From NCBI GenBank assembly GCA_000004695.1, contig CM000152.2, forward strand, positions 5,408,001 to 5,472,000: a stretch of 64,000 nucleotides of DNA, in the 5' to 3' direction. Every line of letters begins with the position of its first letter. The first letter of the stretch is position 1. This stretch comes from Dictyostelium discoideum. Taxonomy: Eukaryota. Positions 40,285 to 53,716 of the stretch are shown piece by piece. Under the pieces are notes generated by a model that was not told where the DNA came from, searched no databases, and saw only the letters and a list, made by a program, of their open reading frames with translations. Both the position numbers and the translations under genes were made by a program.

Positions 40285-43200
40285 TTTATAATGAAAAAAT
40301 AATATCAAATATAAATCAAGATTTGGGATTACCTTTTAAATTTTCACCAGGTTGGATAAAATTAATGCTTGGTAGATTTATAATGATTAAAAAAATATTA
40401 AAAGCTAGTGGTTGTAGAATGTCACATAAAGAATTATTAAAACAAATTTTACCTTTTACTGGGCATTATTATCAAGCATTGGAGAGATTAAATTCTGATC
40501 CACTTCAACAAATGGTTTCAATGTATGGTAGAGGGTTTGATTTTAAACAATTACTTTCAAATCATTTGGTTTCTGAAGATTTAGATAAAATATTTCAACA
40601 ATTGGAATCAAGAGAATTTAAAAAATGGTCACCACCAAATCAATCATTACAAGATACAATTAAAGAGTTAATACTTGAAACAAATTATGGTACTGATTCA
40701 TTCCCTTCAAATCAATATTTAATTAAATGGTTAGAGATTCTATTGATTAGGTTAAATTCTGGAATTGGATTTGGAACTAATGATAAGGAATTAAATTTTA
40801 AATATTTTGAATTACATGATTCATGGTATAAAAACAAGGAGAAAATATTTATTATCTTAATTAAAGAGGGTGCATCTGAAATTTTACTAAGAGATTTTGC
40901 AAAGATTGTTCATTTAACAATTGATGAAATTAATCAAATTAGAGATGAAGAGGTTGGTTCAATAGTTCATATTGCAATTCATTCAAATAATGCCAATATT
41001 TTATCACAATTAAAAGTTTTACAGTGTATGGGAGTTGATATCGAAGAATCTAATAGTAGTTGGTGTACACCATTAGGTTTAAGTGTACATAATAAAAATT
41101 TTGAATTATTTAAATTACTAATTGATATGGGTGCTGGTGCATTAACAAATCCTCAAAAAATCAATGACTATTATAAATCTTTATCATTGGAAAGTAGACA
41201 AGAGTTACGTCCATACCTTTCAAAGTTATCTTATGTAAATCCAAAAATAATTTGGAAGATTTCATTAGACCATATTTTCCCTTTAGTTAGTGGTTATTCA
41301 GGTCCAGCAACAGGTAATAAAGTTTTAAAAACTACATCAGAAGGTGAAAGAGTAATCTCAATTGAACATTGGCGTCAATTGTTCCATCATGATGGTTCGC
41401 CAATAAAATCAAATCCTCATGGAGCAAGATCTGTACCATTTGTAAAGAGTAAAGGATTTAGAATTTATTGTAAATTTGAACCACAATTTCCAGGTACAGA
41501 ATTAGCTGTTTCAAGATTATCAGAATTACTTTTTGGTTATTTATCACCATATAGTGAACTTGGATCAATAAATAATGTACCAGTTTTATTAACACAAGGG
41601 ATTGTTGGAGACCCATTGGTTGATATACTTTCAAAAAATTCAGAAATTTTAAATCATTTAGATCCATCAAATTTATCAAAAATTTTAGTATCTGCAATGT
41701 TATTTAATCCAGGTGATGGTAATTTAGGAAATTATATAGTTTCGCCATGTTTAAATGATACAATTGATTCTAATAATAATAATAACAATAATAATAGTGA
41801 AAATAATAATAATAATACCAAACAAATGTATAGATTAATTGCAATTGATCAAGATCAAAGTTTTATGCCATCATTTTCAAAGGATTTAGGATCAAATAAA
41901 TTATCATTACAGGTTGAAACCGTTTTGTTTCTTTTTAAACAAATGAATGATCCAGTTCACCAAGATGTAAAAGATTGTATACTTGAGAAAAATTTAGATT
42001 TAGTTTTAAATAATTGGTTAAATAATTTGAAATTTCATCATCAAGCATCAATTAATCATTTTAATAAAATTGGTGAAAGATTAAAGGATAAACAACAACA
42101 ACAAATGGAGAAAAAGACAATTATTGGTATATCATTTGCTCCTGGTATTATTCAACAACTATTTTCAAAGTTAACAAGATTACAAAATGAATTTAAAAAG
42201 AATAGAAAGAAACCAATAACTCATATTGAACTTTTAGAGATTTTGGAACCAATGATTGCAATTCGTTATAAACCATTTTTAAATGAATTCAATAATGGTC
42301 CAGAGTTTTTAATAGAAAAGTATAGAAAATTAAAAATTTCAAGTTCTCTTGAGACTTCTAATGGTGGTTATGGTAGTATTTCATCTTTGAGTAGTTCAAT
42401 CCATTCAAATTCATTCGTTTTAGAGTCTAGAGAAATTCCAAATATAAGTGAAATTCAATCATCTTTAAGATCTGGTAAATTTGGACCTGATAGAGCTATT
42501 GAAGAATTAGATATTATAAAGAAACAACAATCTACTATAAATCAAATTTTATCAGATTTGGGTCAATTAAATCATTTTATTGATGGTAGATCTTTATCTC
42601 AACCAAATTTAATCGAATCACTACAACAACCAAATTCATTAACAAATTCAGGTTCAAGAACAATAAATGCTCAAGGTATACATACAAATGGAAGTTTAGG
42701 TAGTAGTGTTGGTAATAAATTTAGTAAATTATTTGGTATGGGTAGTAAACAACCACCATCATATCAAATACCACAACCCACTACACCACCAATGGAAAAG
42801 AGAAAGGATAATTTAACCGATTGTTTATTAGAACAATTGTTAAAAGAAGTTAATTTCAAAAAATTAACACCACCTCAAGAAAAGTATTTATTGGATTTTT
42901 TGAAAACAAGTAAAGAACTTAGATTTGTATCATTAAAGGGTGCGTCAACAATAAAATATCAATTTTTTAAATCATTTATAATTAGAGCGATCGTTCGTAT
43001 GGATTTATCAGATAGTAGTATTGATTCAGTTTCACAAGTTGGTTTATTAGGAACTACTTCCTCACCTATAGTAATGCACTCATTAACTAGACTTCGTCTT
43101 GATAGATGTTCATGTTTATACATGATAAAACTAAATGCTGATGCATTAAAAGAATTAAGTTGTACTGATTGTCCAATGTTAAAAATCATTGAATTAAATA

Positions 43201-45488
43201 CACCAAATTTAGAGATTATAAATTTAGAAAATGGTTCAATCATTGATTCAAAATTTTGGGATAATCTAACTAAACAAACAAATCTTATAAAATTAAATAT
43301 ATCAAATTGTAAAACAGTTTCAAGAGAATTAACATTCACTTTTCCAAATCTATTAGAATTGATTGCAAATAAAATATCAACATTAGATAAAGTTATATTA
43401 CAATTACCAGTAGCATTATCAATTCATTTTGAAAGTTGTATAAATTTAACATCAATATCTGGTTTAACACCATCATTAAAATTATTAAATTTAAATCAAT
43501 CAATAAGTTTAATTTCAAATAATGAAAATAATAATGAAAATATTATTAATAATAGTAATAATAATAATAATAATAATAATAGTAATAATAATAGTAATAA
43601 CAATAGTATATCAACAACACCAATTAATGTTTCAAGTAATTCATTAATATCAAGTCAATCAAATTTAAATATTACATATTCATCAACATTTAAAGTAAAT
43701 GTATGTGGTGTTGATAAACATATTCAAAACTTTAGAAAAATTATAAATTCTTCTTCAAAAATTTCAACAAATTATAAAGTTGATAATATTAGAAATCAAG
43801 AATATGATTTTCAATTTTGGTATTTAGCTGAACAATGTGATAGTTCAACAACTCCACTATATCTTAAAAGCTCAAATATATTATTGTTATTATTTGATTT
43901 TTCATTAGATATTGATGGTAATGAATTTAATGAAACATTAATAATTTTCCAAAATTATATTGAAGCATGTAAATCAAATTCAATTAAACAAAGATTTATT
44001 TTATTTGGTTATGGTTATCCACCAGATTCTAAATCACTTGATTTGGTAAAACAATTTAAAGAATTAAATCAAATTGAAACCTTTGTCTATATAGCTCAAA
44101 TACTTGAAAAGCATCAACTAGAATATGTTAGAGATAGTTTATTCTCAAATTTAAGAAATGATCAATTAGAGATTTTAAAGGTTAATCATTTATATAATTT
44201 TAAAAAAAATATAGAAAAACAAGCTTTACAAGTTGTTGCAAAGAAAATACTTACCAAAGATGTATTGGTAATTGATTTATTGGATGAACTTGAAGGAATT
44301 GATTTCTCTGATATAGTATCGGATCATTTTCAAGATCATTTAGTATCAATTAATGAAATCTTTGATTTATTATACCAATTGAATAAATCATTAATTGAAA
44401 ATCATCAACAAAAAGAAGAATATGCAAAATCTATTAAAAAAGATTTCTTTAAAGTGAAAATCATTCAAAAACAACAAACTGATATGCTATCGAAATTAGA
44501 TCGTTACAAAGAAACCATTAATATTACAATGATTTTTAAAAATCTAAAAAGACTCTATTATATTGCATTAATTAAAAATATTGGTAAAGTGATTCAAACA
44601 CTTGCTCCAATTTTTTCAGATTATAAAATGGAAACTTATCAAAAGAAATACTTTGAAGATTATGAAGCTATAAACTTTTCATTCAAATCTGAATCATATC
44701 TATATAGTAGTTCCAATTCAATTAATATTACACTTTGTAGAGTTATTTGTTCAGGTTTTAATCATGCTTTTAGATGGTTTTTAGTGAAATATCCTCAACT
44801 ATTTGATGAGGCAACTTTAAATTCAAATAATTTAAACAATAGTAGTGTTTTAAGAACTTCTAGTAGTTTAGCTTTAAAAAATGAAGATAGTAGTAGTATA
44901 GAATTTCCTTATGAAAAAACACCTCTATCATTTGCTATTGATTATAAATGTTTAGAAATAATTCAATGGTTAGTTAATAATGTTATTTTATCATCAAAAT
45001 TATTAAATATTGCATTGATAAGATCAATTATGGTTGGTAATTTAGAATTGGTTACATTTTTCATTGAAAATGGTTCAGATGTTAATTGTAGTATTTCAAG
45101 TTTAGAAATGTCACCTATTCAATATGCTGCAAAGTTTAATCAAATTGAAATTGTTAAATATTTATTAACATTGGAGGGAAATAAAAAAGTAAACATTGAA
45201 AAAAAGAATAGACTAGGTTGGTCAGCAATTCATTTCGCTTCAAGAAATCAAAATCAACAAATTGTAGATTCATTATTATCAACTTCAAATGATAAATCTT
45301 TAATTAATACTCCAACAAATATAGGTGAAACTCCACTTTATTTAGCAGTAACAAAATCAATATCAATCAACCATGACTTTTGTAATTATTTAATTAATAA
45401 TTATAAACCAATTACAAAATGTCATATTGATGGTATTGTTGAAGAAATCGATATAGTTTCAAATTATTTAAATAAAATTAATACTTAA
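38691..45488 (+). CDS. Giant (2265 aa) intronless multidomain signalling protein. It has an N-terminal Cys-cluster region, ankyrin repeats, a type-II-PI4K-like atypical kinase domain, a coiled/linker region, leucine-rich repeats, a degenerate Roc-like GTPase plus COR-like region, and C-terminal ankyrin repeats.
   Basis: The PI3/PI4-kinase-like catalytic signatures are 'FRIYCKFEPQFPG', 'LFNPGDGNLGNYIV' (catalytic loop; compare PI4K2 'RNTDRGNDNWLI') and 'RLIAIDQDQSF' (compare 'AAIDNGLAF'). LRRs run about 43080-43520 ('LTRLRLDRCSCLYMIKLNADALKELSCTDCPMLKIIELNTPNLEIINLENGS...'). The Roc-like block is 'KVNVCGVDKHIQNF...QFWYLAEQ...LLLLFDFS'. It lacks the P-loop GxxxxGK[ST] and the DxxG motif. Ankyrin repeats: '...WSAIHFASRNQNQQIVDSLL...GETPLYLAV'. 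Confidence 0.75.
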
Positions 45489-45619
45489 TAATTATTATTA
45501 TTTTTTTTTTTTAAAAAAAAAAAGTATTGAGTATAAGTAGTATATTAATTTTTTTATTTAATATTTAAAAGTTAAAGTATTCTGTAATTATTTTTATTAT
45601 TATTATTATTATTAAAAGA

Positions 45620-47251
45620 TTAAAATCTTTTTTTAATTATTATTTTATTTTCTGGACAAGAATATGTAATACCAAATTTACCAATTTCATTTAATGGTGT
45701 TGATGGATTTGGATTAGTAAATTCATATCTATTAATTAAACTTGCTAACATTGTAAAGATTTCTGAATCAGCTAGTGATTTTCCAATACAATCTCTAACA
45801 CCACATCCAAAGTGAATTAAATTTGAGTTTGCAGATTGTTGTTGAGAAATAAATCTTTCAGGAATGAATGAATCTGGTTCAGAGAATTGTTTTTCATTTC
45901 TATGAGTTGCCCAAATGTTTTGAATGATTTGTGTACCAGCACAGATTTTATAACCATTTAATTCAACATCTTCTGAAGTAACATGAGGTAAACCAATTGT
46001 ACCAGATGGATATTTTCTAAATGTTTCCTTAACTACCATTGATAAATATGGTGCTAATGTACGATATTTATTAAATGATAATGTTATAATTTCTTCAGTT
46101 TGTTCTTGATTCTCATTATCATTCTGATTTTCATTTTCTTTACTTTGAATTATTGCTTGTTTAATATCGTCATATACTTTTGATTGAATATTTGGATTAT
46201 TAATTAATTCAAGTAAACAATATAAAATTGTATTTGCAGAAGTATCAGCACCAGCAGTTTGAAGATCAATACAAGTACTAACAACAGAATCCCATGAAAT
46301 TTCACCATTTTCAAATGATTGTAATAATTTTGAAAGAATTGGTTTATCAGCTAAACTTTTATTGTTGTCGTTGATGTTGTTATGAATTTCATTTTCATTT
46401 TTAAATTTTGTAATTAAATCACTTGTATAATTAAAAATTCTTTTATATGTATTCAAATAGTTTGAGGTATCAATGAATGGTTCTAATGATGGTATGAAAT
46501 CTGAAATGATAGGTTGACCTGCAATATTGAAAAATTCAACCATTAATTTTATAAATTCAGATGCTTTTTCAAATTCATCATATGGATAAGAATAATTTAA
46601 ACCAAATGTAAAACAAAGTACAATATTCATTGAAAACATTTTAATGTGGTTATTTAATATTATTGGTTTACCAGTATCTGCATGTTCATCTAAAACTTTA
46701 AATAATTTCTTGATTTCATTATCTATGAAACTAGTCTCATACTTTTTAATTCTTTGATTTGTCATTTCCGATAATACCAATGTCTTTAGTTTATTATGAA
46801 TATCACCATTAACAATCACTAAATTCTCACCATTGTTAAGCTTTAGTCTACTCTTTCTTTGAAATCTATTAACAAATGAATTTGAATTACCAATGAATGC
46901 TTCTCTAATTATTGGGTATTCTGTCAATACAACAGTCTCTACGTTACCCATTTTAATTCTGTAAATCACTCCATATTGTTTATACCATTCTTGTAATTTT
47001 AAATGAAGATCACCTTTCATTGATAGTAAATTACCAAGAATTGGTATTCCTTTTGGTCCTGGGATTTTTGAATTCATATTTTTATCATTTTTCTATTATT
47101 AAAAAAAAATAAAAAAATAATTAAAAATAAAATAAAAAAGATTAGTTACTTTATACTTATTTTTATTTATTTTTATTTATTTTTAAAAACCTACCTGGAG
47201 GAAAAAATAAAAAATTGTAAAAATTAAGACTAAACCAACTAAATAATTCAT
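45620..47251 (-). CDS. Cytochrome P450 monooxygenase, complement(join(45620..47092,47195..47251)). The N-terminal membrane anchor is on a separate exon.
   Basis: Heme-binding 'FGCGVRDCIGKSLA' (FxxGxRxCxG). 'PGPKGIPILGN' proline hinge. K-helix ExxR is present. Upstream exon 'MNYLVGLVLIFTIFYFFLQ' ends at a GTAGGT donor. The acceptor aatAG directly precedes 'KNDKNMNSKIPGP...', phase 0. Confidence 0.8.
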
Positions 47252-47995
47252 TTCTTTAATTATTTATTTATTTTTTTATTTAATAGTCAATGATACTAAA
47301 AAAAAAAATTGGTTAATTAAAAAAAAAATTATTAAAAAAAAAATTATAAAAAAAAAAATTATAAAAAAAAAAAAAAAGTGAAAGTGTGGTGGTAACAATT
47401 TCCGTTAAATAAAAATAAATTTTTTTTTTAAAAATTCAATGAATAATAAAATTTTAAATAACTTGAGATTTTTTAATTTTTATCTTGTGATTAAAAAAAA
47501 AAAAAAAAAAATATAAAAAATATTATATTAAATACACATAAATATTCTTTGTGATTTTTTTTTTTAAAGTTTTATAAATTTCTTATTTTCATTATAACCA
47601 TTTAATTTAATATTTATTAACTTTTTATTATTTTTTTATTTTTTATTATAATATAAAAAAATTTTTATTATTTTATGTCCCTTAAAAATAAAAAAAACAA
47701 AAAAATAAATAAAAAAAAAGAAATTAAATTATTATTTTTTTTTTTTTATTTATTTTAATGCTTCTCTTATTATTAGGATATTTTGTTTGTACGAAAGTCC
47801 TAACCCTGTAAATTGATCCATATTTTCTATACCATTGTTGTAATTTTTCATGAACTGATCTGTTTAATTAATTTATGGATTTCTATTTTATAATTATTCA
47901 AAAAAAAAAAAGAAAAAAAAAAAATCTTTTATGTGCATATATTTTTTATTCTCCTGTTTGTTATTAATAATTCTTCGAATTAAAAAAAAAAATAG

Positions 47996-48049
<54 letters not shown>

Positions 48050-48057
48050 AATTCATT

Positions 48058-48094
<37 letters not shown>

Positions 48095-48197
48095 GATTCA
48101 CTTAATTAATTCAAATATATTCATTTTAAAGAAAAGCTTAACCACTTTTTTTTTATTTCAATGAATATATTAATTTAGTAAAAAAAGTAAATTTAAA

Positions 48198-48462
48198 ATG
48201 GATGAAGATGATGAATTAAATTCATTAGAGGAATTTAGTGAAATTAGGACTTCAAAAAATAAACAACAACAGCAACAACAACAGCAACAAAAACAAAATG
48301 AACCTCCTCAAGCAAGTCAATATTCTAGTGATATAATAAGCGAATTTAGTACACAAAATATGATAAAAAAACAATTTGAACAAAAGAAACCTTCACCAGC
48401 ATCTAGACCTCTTTTTAATTTTAATAAAAGGAGAGACACTGATGAACAACCACCTCCTATTC

Positions 48463-48520
<58 letters not shown>

Positions 48521-48747
48521 GTTACATTCAGAAACCCCACAAAAAACATCACCACAAATTACAAATCCTTCAATACCGACAACACCTCCACCACAACAAA
48601 AAGTATCACCACCACGTCAACAGCCACCACCACCACAACAACAACAAGGTGAATATATTAATGATATTGATTCAAATAATAATAAAAGACTTAGAAATGA
48701 ATCTTCCAAACCAATAACAACACCACCGAAAAATAATAATAATATTG

Positions 48748-48835
<88 letters not shown>

Positions 48836-49934
48836 GCAATCTATAGGGATAATATCTAGAAAATTTCCTGGACCAGCAGGTATATTACCACCACTTTTAC
48901 CAGGACAAATTATAAATAATAGGAAATCCATAAGTTTAGATCAATCGAATAAATCAATGAATCAATCTACACTCTTTTTAAATAGTTCAAATGGAAATAA
49001 TAAAACTCATCTTTATGATTCCTCAAATCAAGATTTCACTAGAGGTTCTTGGATATTAATGTTAAAAGAAAGAAAACTTCCACCATTTAGTATGTATATC
49101 TTTTTATTTATATTTATATATACATATATATTATAGTCATGATATATATAATTATTATTATTATTACTAATACACAATCACACACGAAAAAAAAAATATT
49201 TTAAATAGATGATGAAAATAGTACACTATTAAAAAATAATATAGATTATGTTTTAAATGAAGGATTTTTAAAAAAAGTACCACAATTAGTTGTATTAATA
49301 AAAAGTTTAGTTGGTACTGATAGTGATTATCAAATTATAGTTTCAGATCCATCTGGTGAAATGAAAGGTACAATTCAAAAAAAGATTATTCAAGATTCTT
49401 TTCCAGAGATGACACATGGTTGGGTTTTAGTTTTAAAAAAGATTTCAATTTTTAGTCCAACTCCAACTTCACATTATATAAATATAGTTTTATCAAATAT
49501 TGATTTCGTTTATCAACCAAATTTCAATCCTTCTTCTTCTTCTTCTTCCACCACTACCACTAATACAACTTCTACTACAATCAATAATAATAATAATAAT
49601 AATTTTGATTATTTAAATAAAACTACAAAAGAATTTGATCAATTAATAGTAAAGAATTATAAATCAATTGAAAATTATAATCCAATGTCAATATATCAAG
49701 ATATACCACTTAGAAGTGAAGAAGAGATTCAAAATGAATTATATGAGAAAAGATTATTAAAAGCTCAAAAATTACAACAAGCTCAATTACAACAACAAAT
49801 ACAACAACAACAACAATCATTAAGCAAAAAACAACCACCACAAAAACCAAATGAAAGAATTTTAAAGAAAAGAAAAATTCCTGCAAAACCAATTCCAAAA
49901 CAACCTCCTCAACAACAACAACAACAGCAACAGC

Positions 49935-50010
<76 letters not shown>

Positions 50011-50674
50011 ACAACAGCAACCACAACAGCAAATATCATCTCCAACTAAATCTGCCAACTCCAATACAATGGCATTAACTACCTCTTCACCAACGAAATT
50101 AGCTCAAACAACTTTAATACCACCTGTAAATAAACCTTCACCGTCAATCACAATTTTAAAACCTCCACCAAGACCATCACAATCACAATCACAATCACAA
50201 TCGCAACCATCATCTTCTCAGCAATCATCTTCACAAATTAAACCATCACTCCCCATAAAATACCTTCCAAATAGCAACGCTAATAATAATAATAATAAAC
50301 AAATTCAAGTTTTTGAAGAATTGGATGATAATTTTGAAGTCGATTTATTTGATGATGATGAATTTTCAAAACCACCAAGGGACATAGATTCACAATCCCA
50401 ACAGGAACAGCAACAACAACAACAACAAAATGGTAATACTGGTATGACACAAGATTTTGAAAGTTTGGATGATTTAGATTTTGAACTTAAAGATGAAGAT
50501 ATAGTGGAGTTTGAATCCTCCACTCAACAAATTATAAAACAACAAGAGTTACAACAACAACAAAATCAAAATCAAGTTAAAACTGTAATTAAAAATGTTA
50601 AAACTTATACACCCCCAAAATTCACTTCTTATAAAACTACTACTCCAAATAAACCAAGTATTATAAAAAAATAA
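48198..50674 (+). CDS. Gln-rich hypothetical protein, ~786 aa, join(48198..49089,49209..50674), with a non-repetitive central block flanked by (CAA/CAG)n poly-Q.
   Basis: GTATGT donor at 49090 (phase 1) and acceptor AG at 49207-49208. The junction a+at is in frame with track ORF 49361..50674 and there are no stops across 49211-49361. The central block is 'DENSTLLKNNIDYVLNEGFLKKVPQLVVLIKSLVGTDSDYQIIVSDPSGEMKGTIQKKIIQDSFPEMTHGWVLVLKK'. Confidence 0.5.
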
Positions 50675-50910
50675 TAAAATAATAAAAATAATAATAATAA
50701 TAATAATATAATAATAATAATAAAATAAAATATTTTTAATATTGTTATTGAAAAAAAAAAAAAAAAAAAAAAAGTATAAATGATAATACAAATACAATAA
50801 AATTGATTTTATTTCTTGGATTCAATTTTTCTAAACAATTTTTTTTAAAAAAATAAAATAAAGAGATATAAACTAATAATTTGAAATTAAGAAGAGATAA
50901 TACAGTTTGA

Positions 50911-52478
50911 TTAATCGTTTTTGTTTACTGGTTTTCTGACATAGTCTGGATCATTACCCATTTTGTAAAGATAGTTGATATGAGACTTTATTGCTTCAGT
51001 AAATGTTGGCTTATAATGATATGTAACATTATATTCTTTACAAACTTCTTTAAGAATTGGAACAATTTGTGGGTAATAATCTATAAATAATATTCATATA
51101 TATATATAATAAAATTAATAATTAAAATAATATAATATAAAATAAAAAAAATAAATAAAACTTACCTTGAGCAATTGTTGGGAACTATAAAATAAATAAA
51201 TAAATCGTTGTTAGATAATAAATATTAAATTTAAAATAATAATAATAAAAAATTTAAACTTACACAATGATGAATAACTTGTAAATTTAAACCACCAGAA
51301 AAGAAAGTACTTAAAACTGAATCTTGAGCATAATCTTGAGTAGTTTTAACTTGAAGAATTGCCCAATCTTGATTGAAGGTTGTTGGTAATGGGTGATCAG
51401 CACCATCGAAAATTTCAGGTGTTGCCATGAATTGAAGATCTTCAACTACATGACTAACTTGAAAAGAAATGGCTAAATACCAACCTAAAACCAATTCAGA
51501 GATTAGGAAGAAACAAATTAAATGAGAGAATGAATGATTATAGATTAATGGGAGTATGAAACGAGAGATAATGAAAACCAATTTACCAAGTATGAAAATT
51601 GCAGTATCAATCGTTGATATTGGTGAATATCTAATTGCACCATTTGATTTCTTTGTAAAGATTTCGTGATCTTGAATACGATATTTTAAAGCGTAAACTC
51701 CATATAGAATTGGTGCGTAAATATGTTGATATTTATGGTACCATGATCTTGCTTGATATGGTGTAACAACACGAAAATCAATTTCACCTTGACCCAAGTC
51801 TGGATCTGCATTTCTTACATTTGTATATAAATGATGCCCAATCACATGTTGATGACACCATGCATAGAATGAAGCACCAGCGAACAAATCAAATGTTGCA
51901 CCCAATATTTTCCAAGTCATTGGATTATGAGTGATTGCTGTGTGGCAAGCGTCATGCATCGTGTGTAATCCAAATAACGAATTTGCAACACCATATAAAA
52001 CAGCGAATATACAATTTAACCAAAATCTATCCGTAGAGAATTGTGATAAATAGTAAGTAACAAATAGGAATAAATAAATTAACACCATTCTTGTGAAAAC
52101 TCCAACTGAAACTTTTGGATCTTGTGATGAAGTTTGGAAATGTTTTCTAACACGTTGTTTCAATGTAGAATAGAATTCACTTTTTTCAACATATTTTGGA
52201 TGTTCATATGATGATATATATCCAATTTCATATTGTTTAATTAAGGAATAGTGTTTATCCGTCATTGGATGATAACTTTCAAATAAATTTGTTGCATCTC
52301 TACCTGCTGATAATAATAATATATCTTCACCACCTGGATGTAATGGTACCCATTTTGTAATATTATAAACTTTACCATCAACTATAATCCATAAATCATT
52401 TTTTTGATTATGTTTTGATACTTCATCCCAAGTATATAATTTTAATTTTTCTTTATTTTCATTATTTGTTTCCATCAT
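50911..52478 (-). CDS. Front-end (delta-5-type) fatty-acid desaturase with an N-terminal cytochrome b5 domain, 467 aa, complement(join(50911..51080,51166..51184,51264..52478)).
   Basis: Cyt-b5 'HPGGEDIL'. His boxes 'HDACH', 'HQHVIGHH' and 'QVIHHC'. The third box is followed directly by a GTAAGT donor. There is a 19-nt micro-exon 'ttcccaacaattgctcaag', then the terminal exon 'DYYPQIVPILKEVCKEYNVTYHYKPTFTEAIKSHINYLYKMGNDP...' with the classic desaturase C-terminal consensus. Frames were verified base by base. The sequence is consistent with the D. discoideum fadA/fadB delta-5 desaturases, but I cannot say which. Confidence 0.8.
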
Positions 52479-52853
52479 TTTATTTTTAAAAGTTTTTAAA
52501 AAATAATAATAATAAAAAATAAAAAAAATAAAAAAAAAGAAAAAAAAACACTAAGGGGTTAAAAAAAAACAATGCGAAAATGGGTTTGGAAATAAAAAAA
52601 AAAAAAAAAAAATTTAAAAAAAAATTTAAAAAATAAAATCATGATATCTTGATAAAAAAATATTTAAAAAAAAAAGAATTTTTACAAGAATGCCATATTA
52701 CTTTTTTATTTTTTTATTTTTTATTTATTCAATATCTCTGATATTTCTAAATTAATTATTTTTTTTATTTTTTTTAAAAAAAAAATAATAAATAAAAAAA
52801 AAAATTGATTAGACAAAAAATAAAAATTTTTCTTTTTCTTTTTTCTGTTTCTA

Positions 52854-52884
<31 letters not shown>

Positions 52885-52938
52885 TTAAAAACAAAAACAA
52901 AAAAAAAAAGAAGTCGGATGTTTTTAATTTAATTTAAT

Positions 52939-53296
52939 TTAAAAGTTTTTTTTGATCATTCTTTCTGATGATGATGATGGACATGCTTTGATTTCAGCAC
53001 AAATGGTATCTGGGTTTTGGTTATTTTCGAGGGCAGAGATTAATTGTGGGATGTATGAGTTGGCTAATGATACACAAGTTGATTTGAGGCCACCAAATAA
53101 GTCACATGCTTTATCTACTTGAGTTAAGATTTCAGTTTCGGTTTCACTGTTTTGGAGGAAACCTTCAACTTCTTTAAGAGCAAAATCACAGATGGTACAT
53201 TCAACACCTCCAGTTAATTCTTCAGCTGATGATGAAGTACATAAATCAATTTGATTGCAAACAGTTGAAGCTGGTTCTTTGTTAATTAATAATTGC

Positions 53297-53328
<32 letters not shown>

Positions 53329-53385
53329 TAATATTATTTAAAAGATCGATTAGTTTTTTATTTATTTATTTATTTATAATTTTAA

Positions 53386-53473
<88 letters not shown>

Positions 53474-53716
53474 TTAACTTACAACAAGTTCAGCACCATA
53501 AGCAGTGACGAGTGAATCACAAGTAGCTTGATATTCAGATGGGGCAAATTTGCAAACTTTTTCTAATTCACCTTCAACATAAACGATACTTGAATTCTTT
53601 TCAACGAAATCTTCAGCAAAGTTGACAAGTTCAGTGCAGACAAAACATTCTTCGTTTGCTCTGACAACTGAAACTGAGGCTAAAGCAATGATGGCTAATT
53701 TAAATAAGAATTTCAT
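52939..53716 (-). CDS. Secreted two-domain saposin-like (SAPLIP; amoebapore-like 'apl'-type) precursor, ~196 aa, complement(join(52939..53295,53483..53716)).
   Basis: Signal peptide 'MKFLFKLAIIALASVSVVRA'. Each exon carries a 6-Cys saposin B pattern (exon 1: C-x2-C...C...C; exon 2: 'CTICDFALKEVEGF...KACDLF...KSTCVSLANSYIPQLISALENNQNPDTICAEIKAC'). A GTAAGT donor follows '...AELV'. The intron is about 187 bp and largely (ATT)n. The acceptor is aatAG. Confidence 0.7.
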
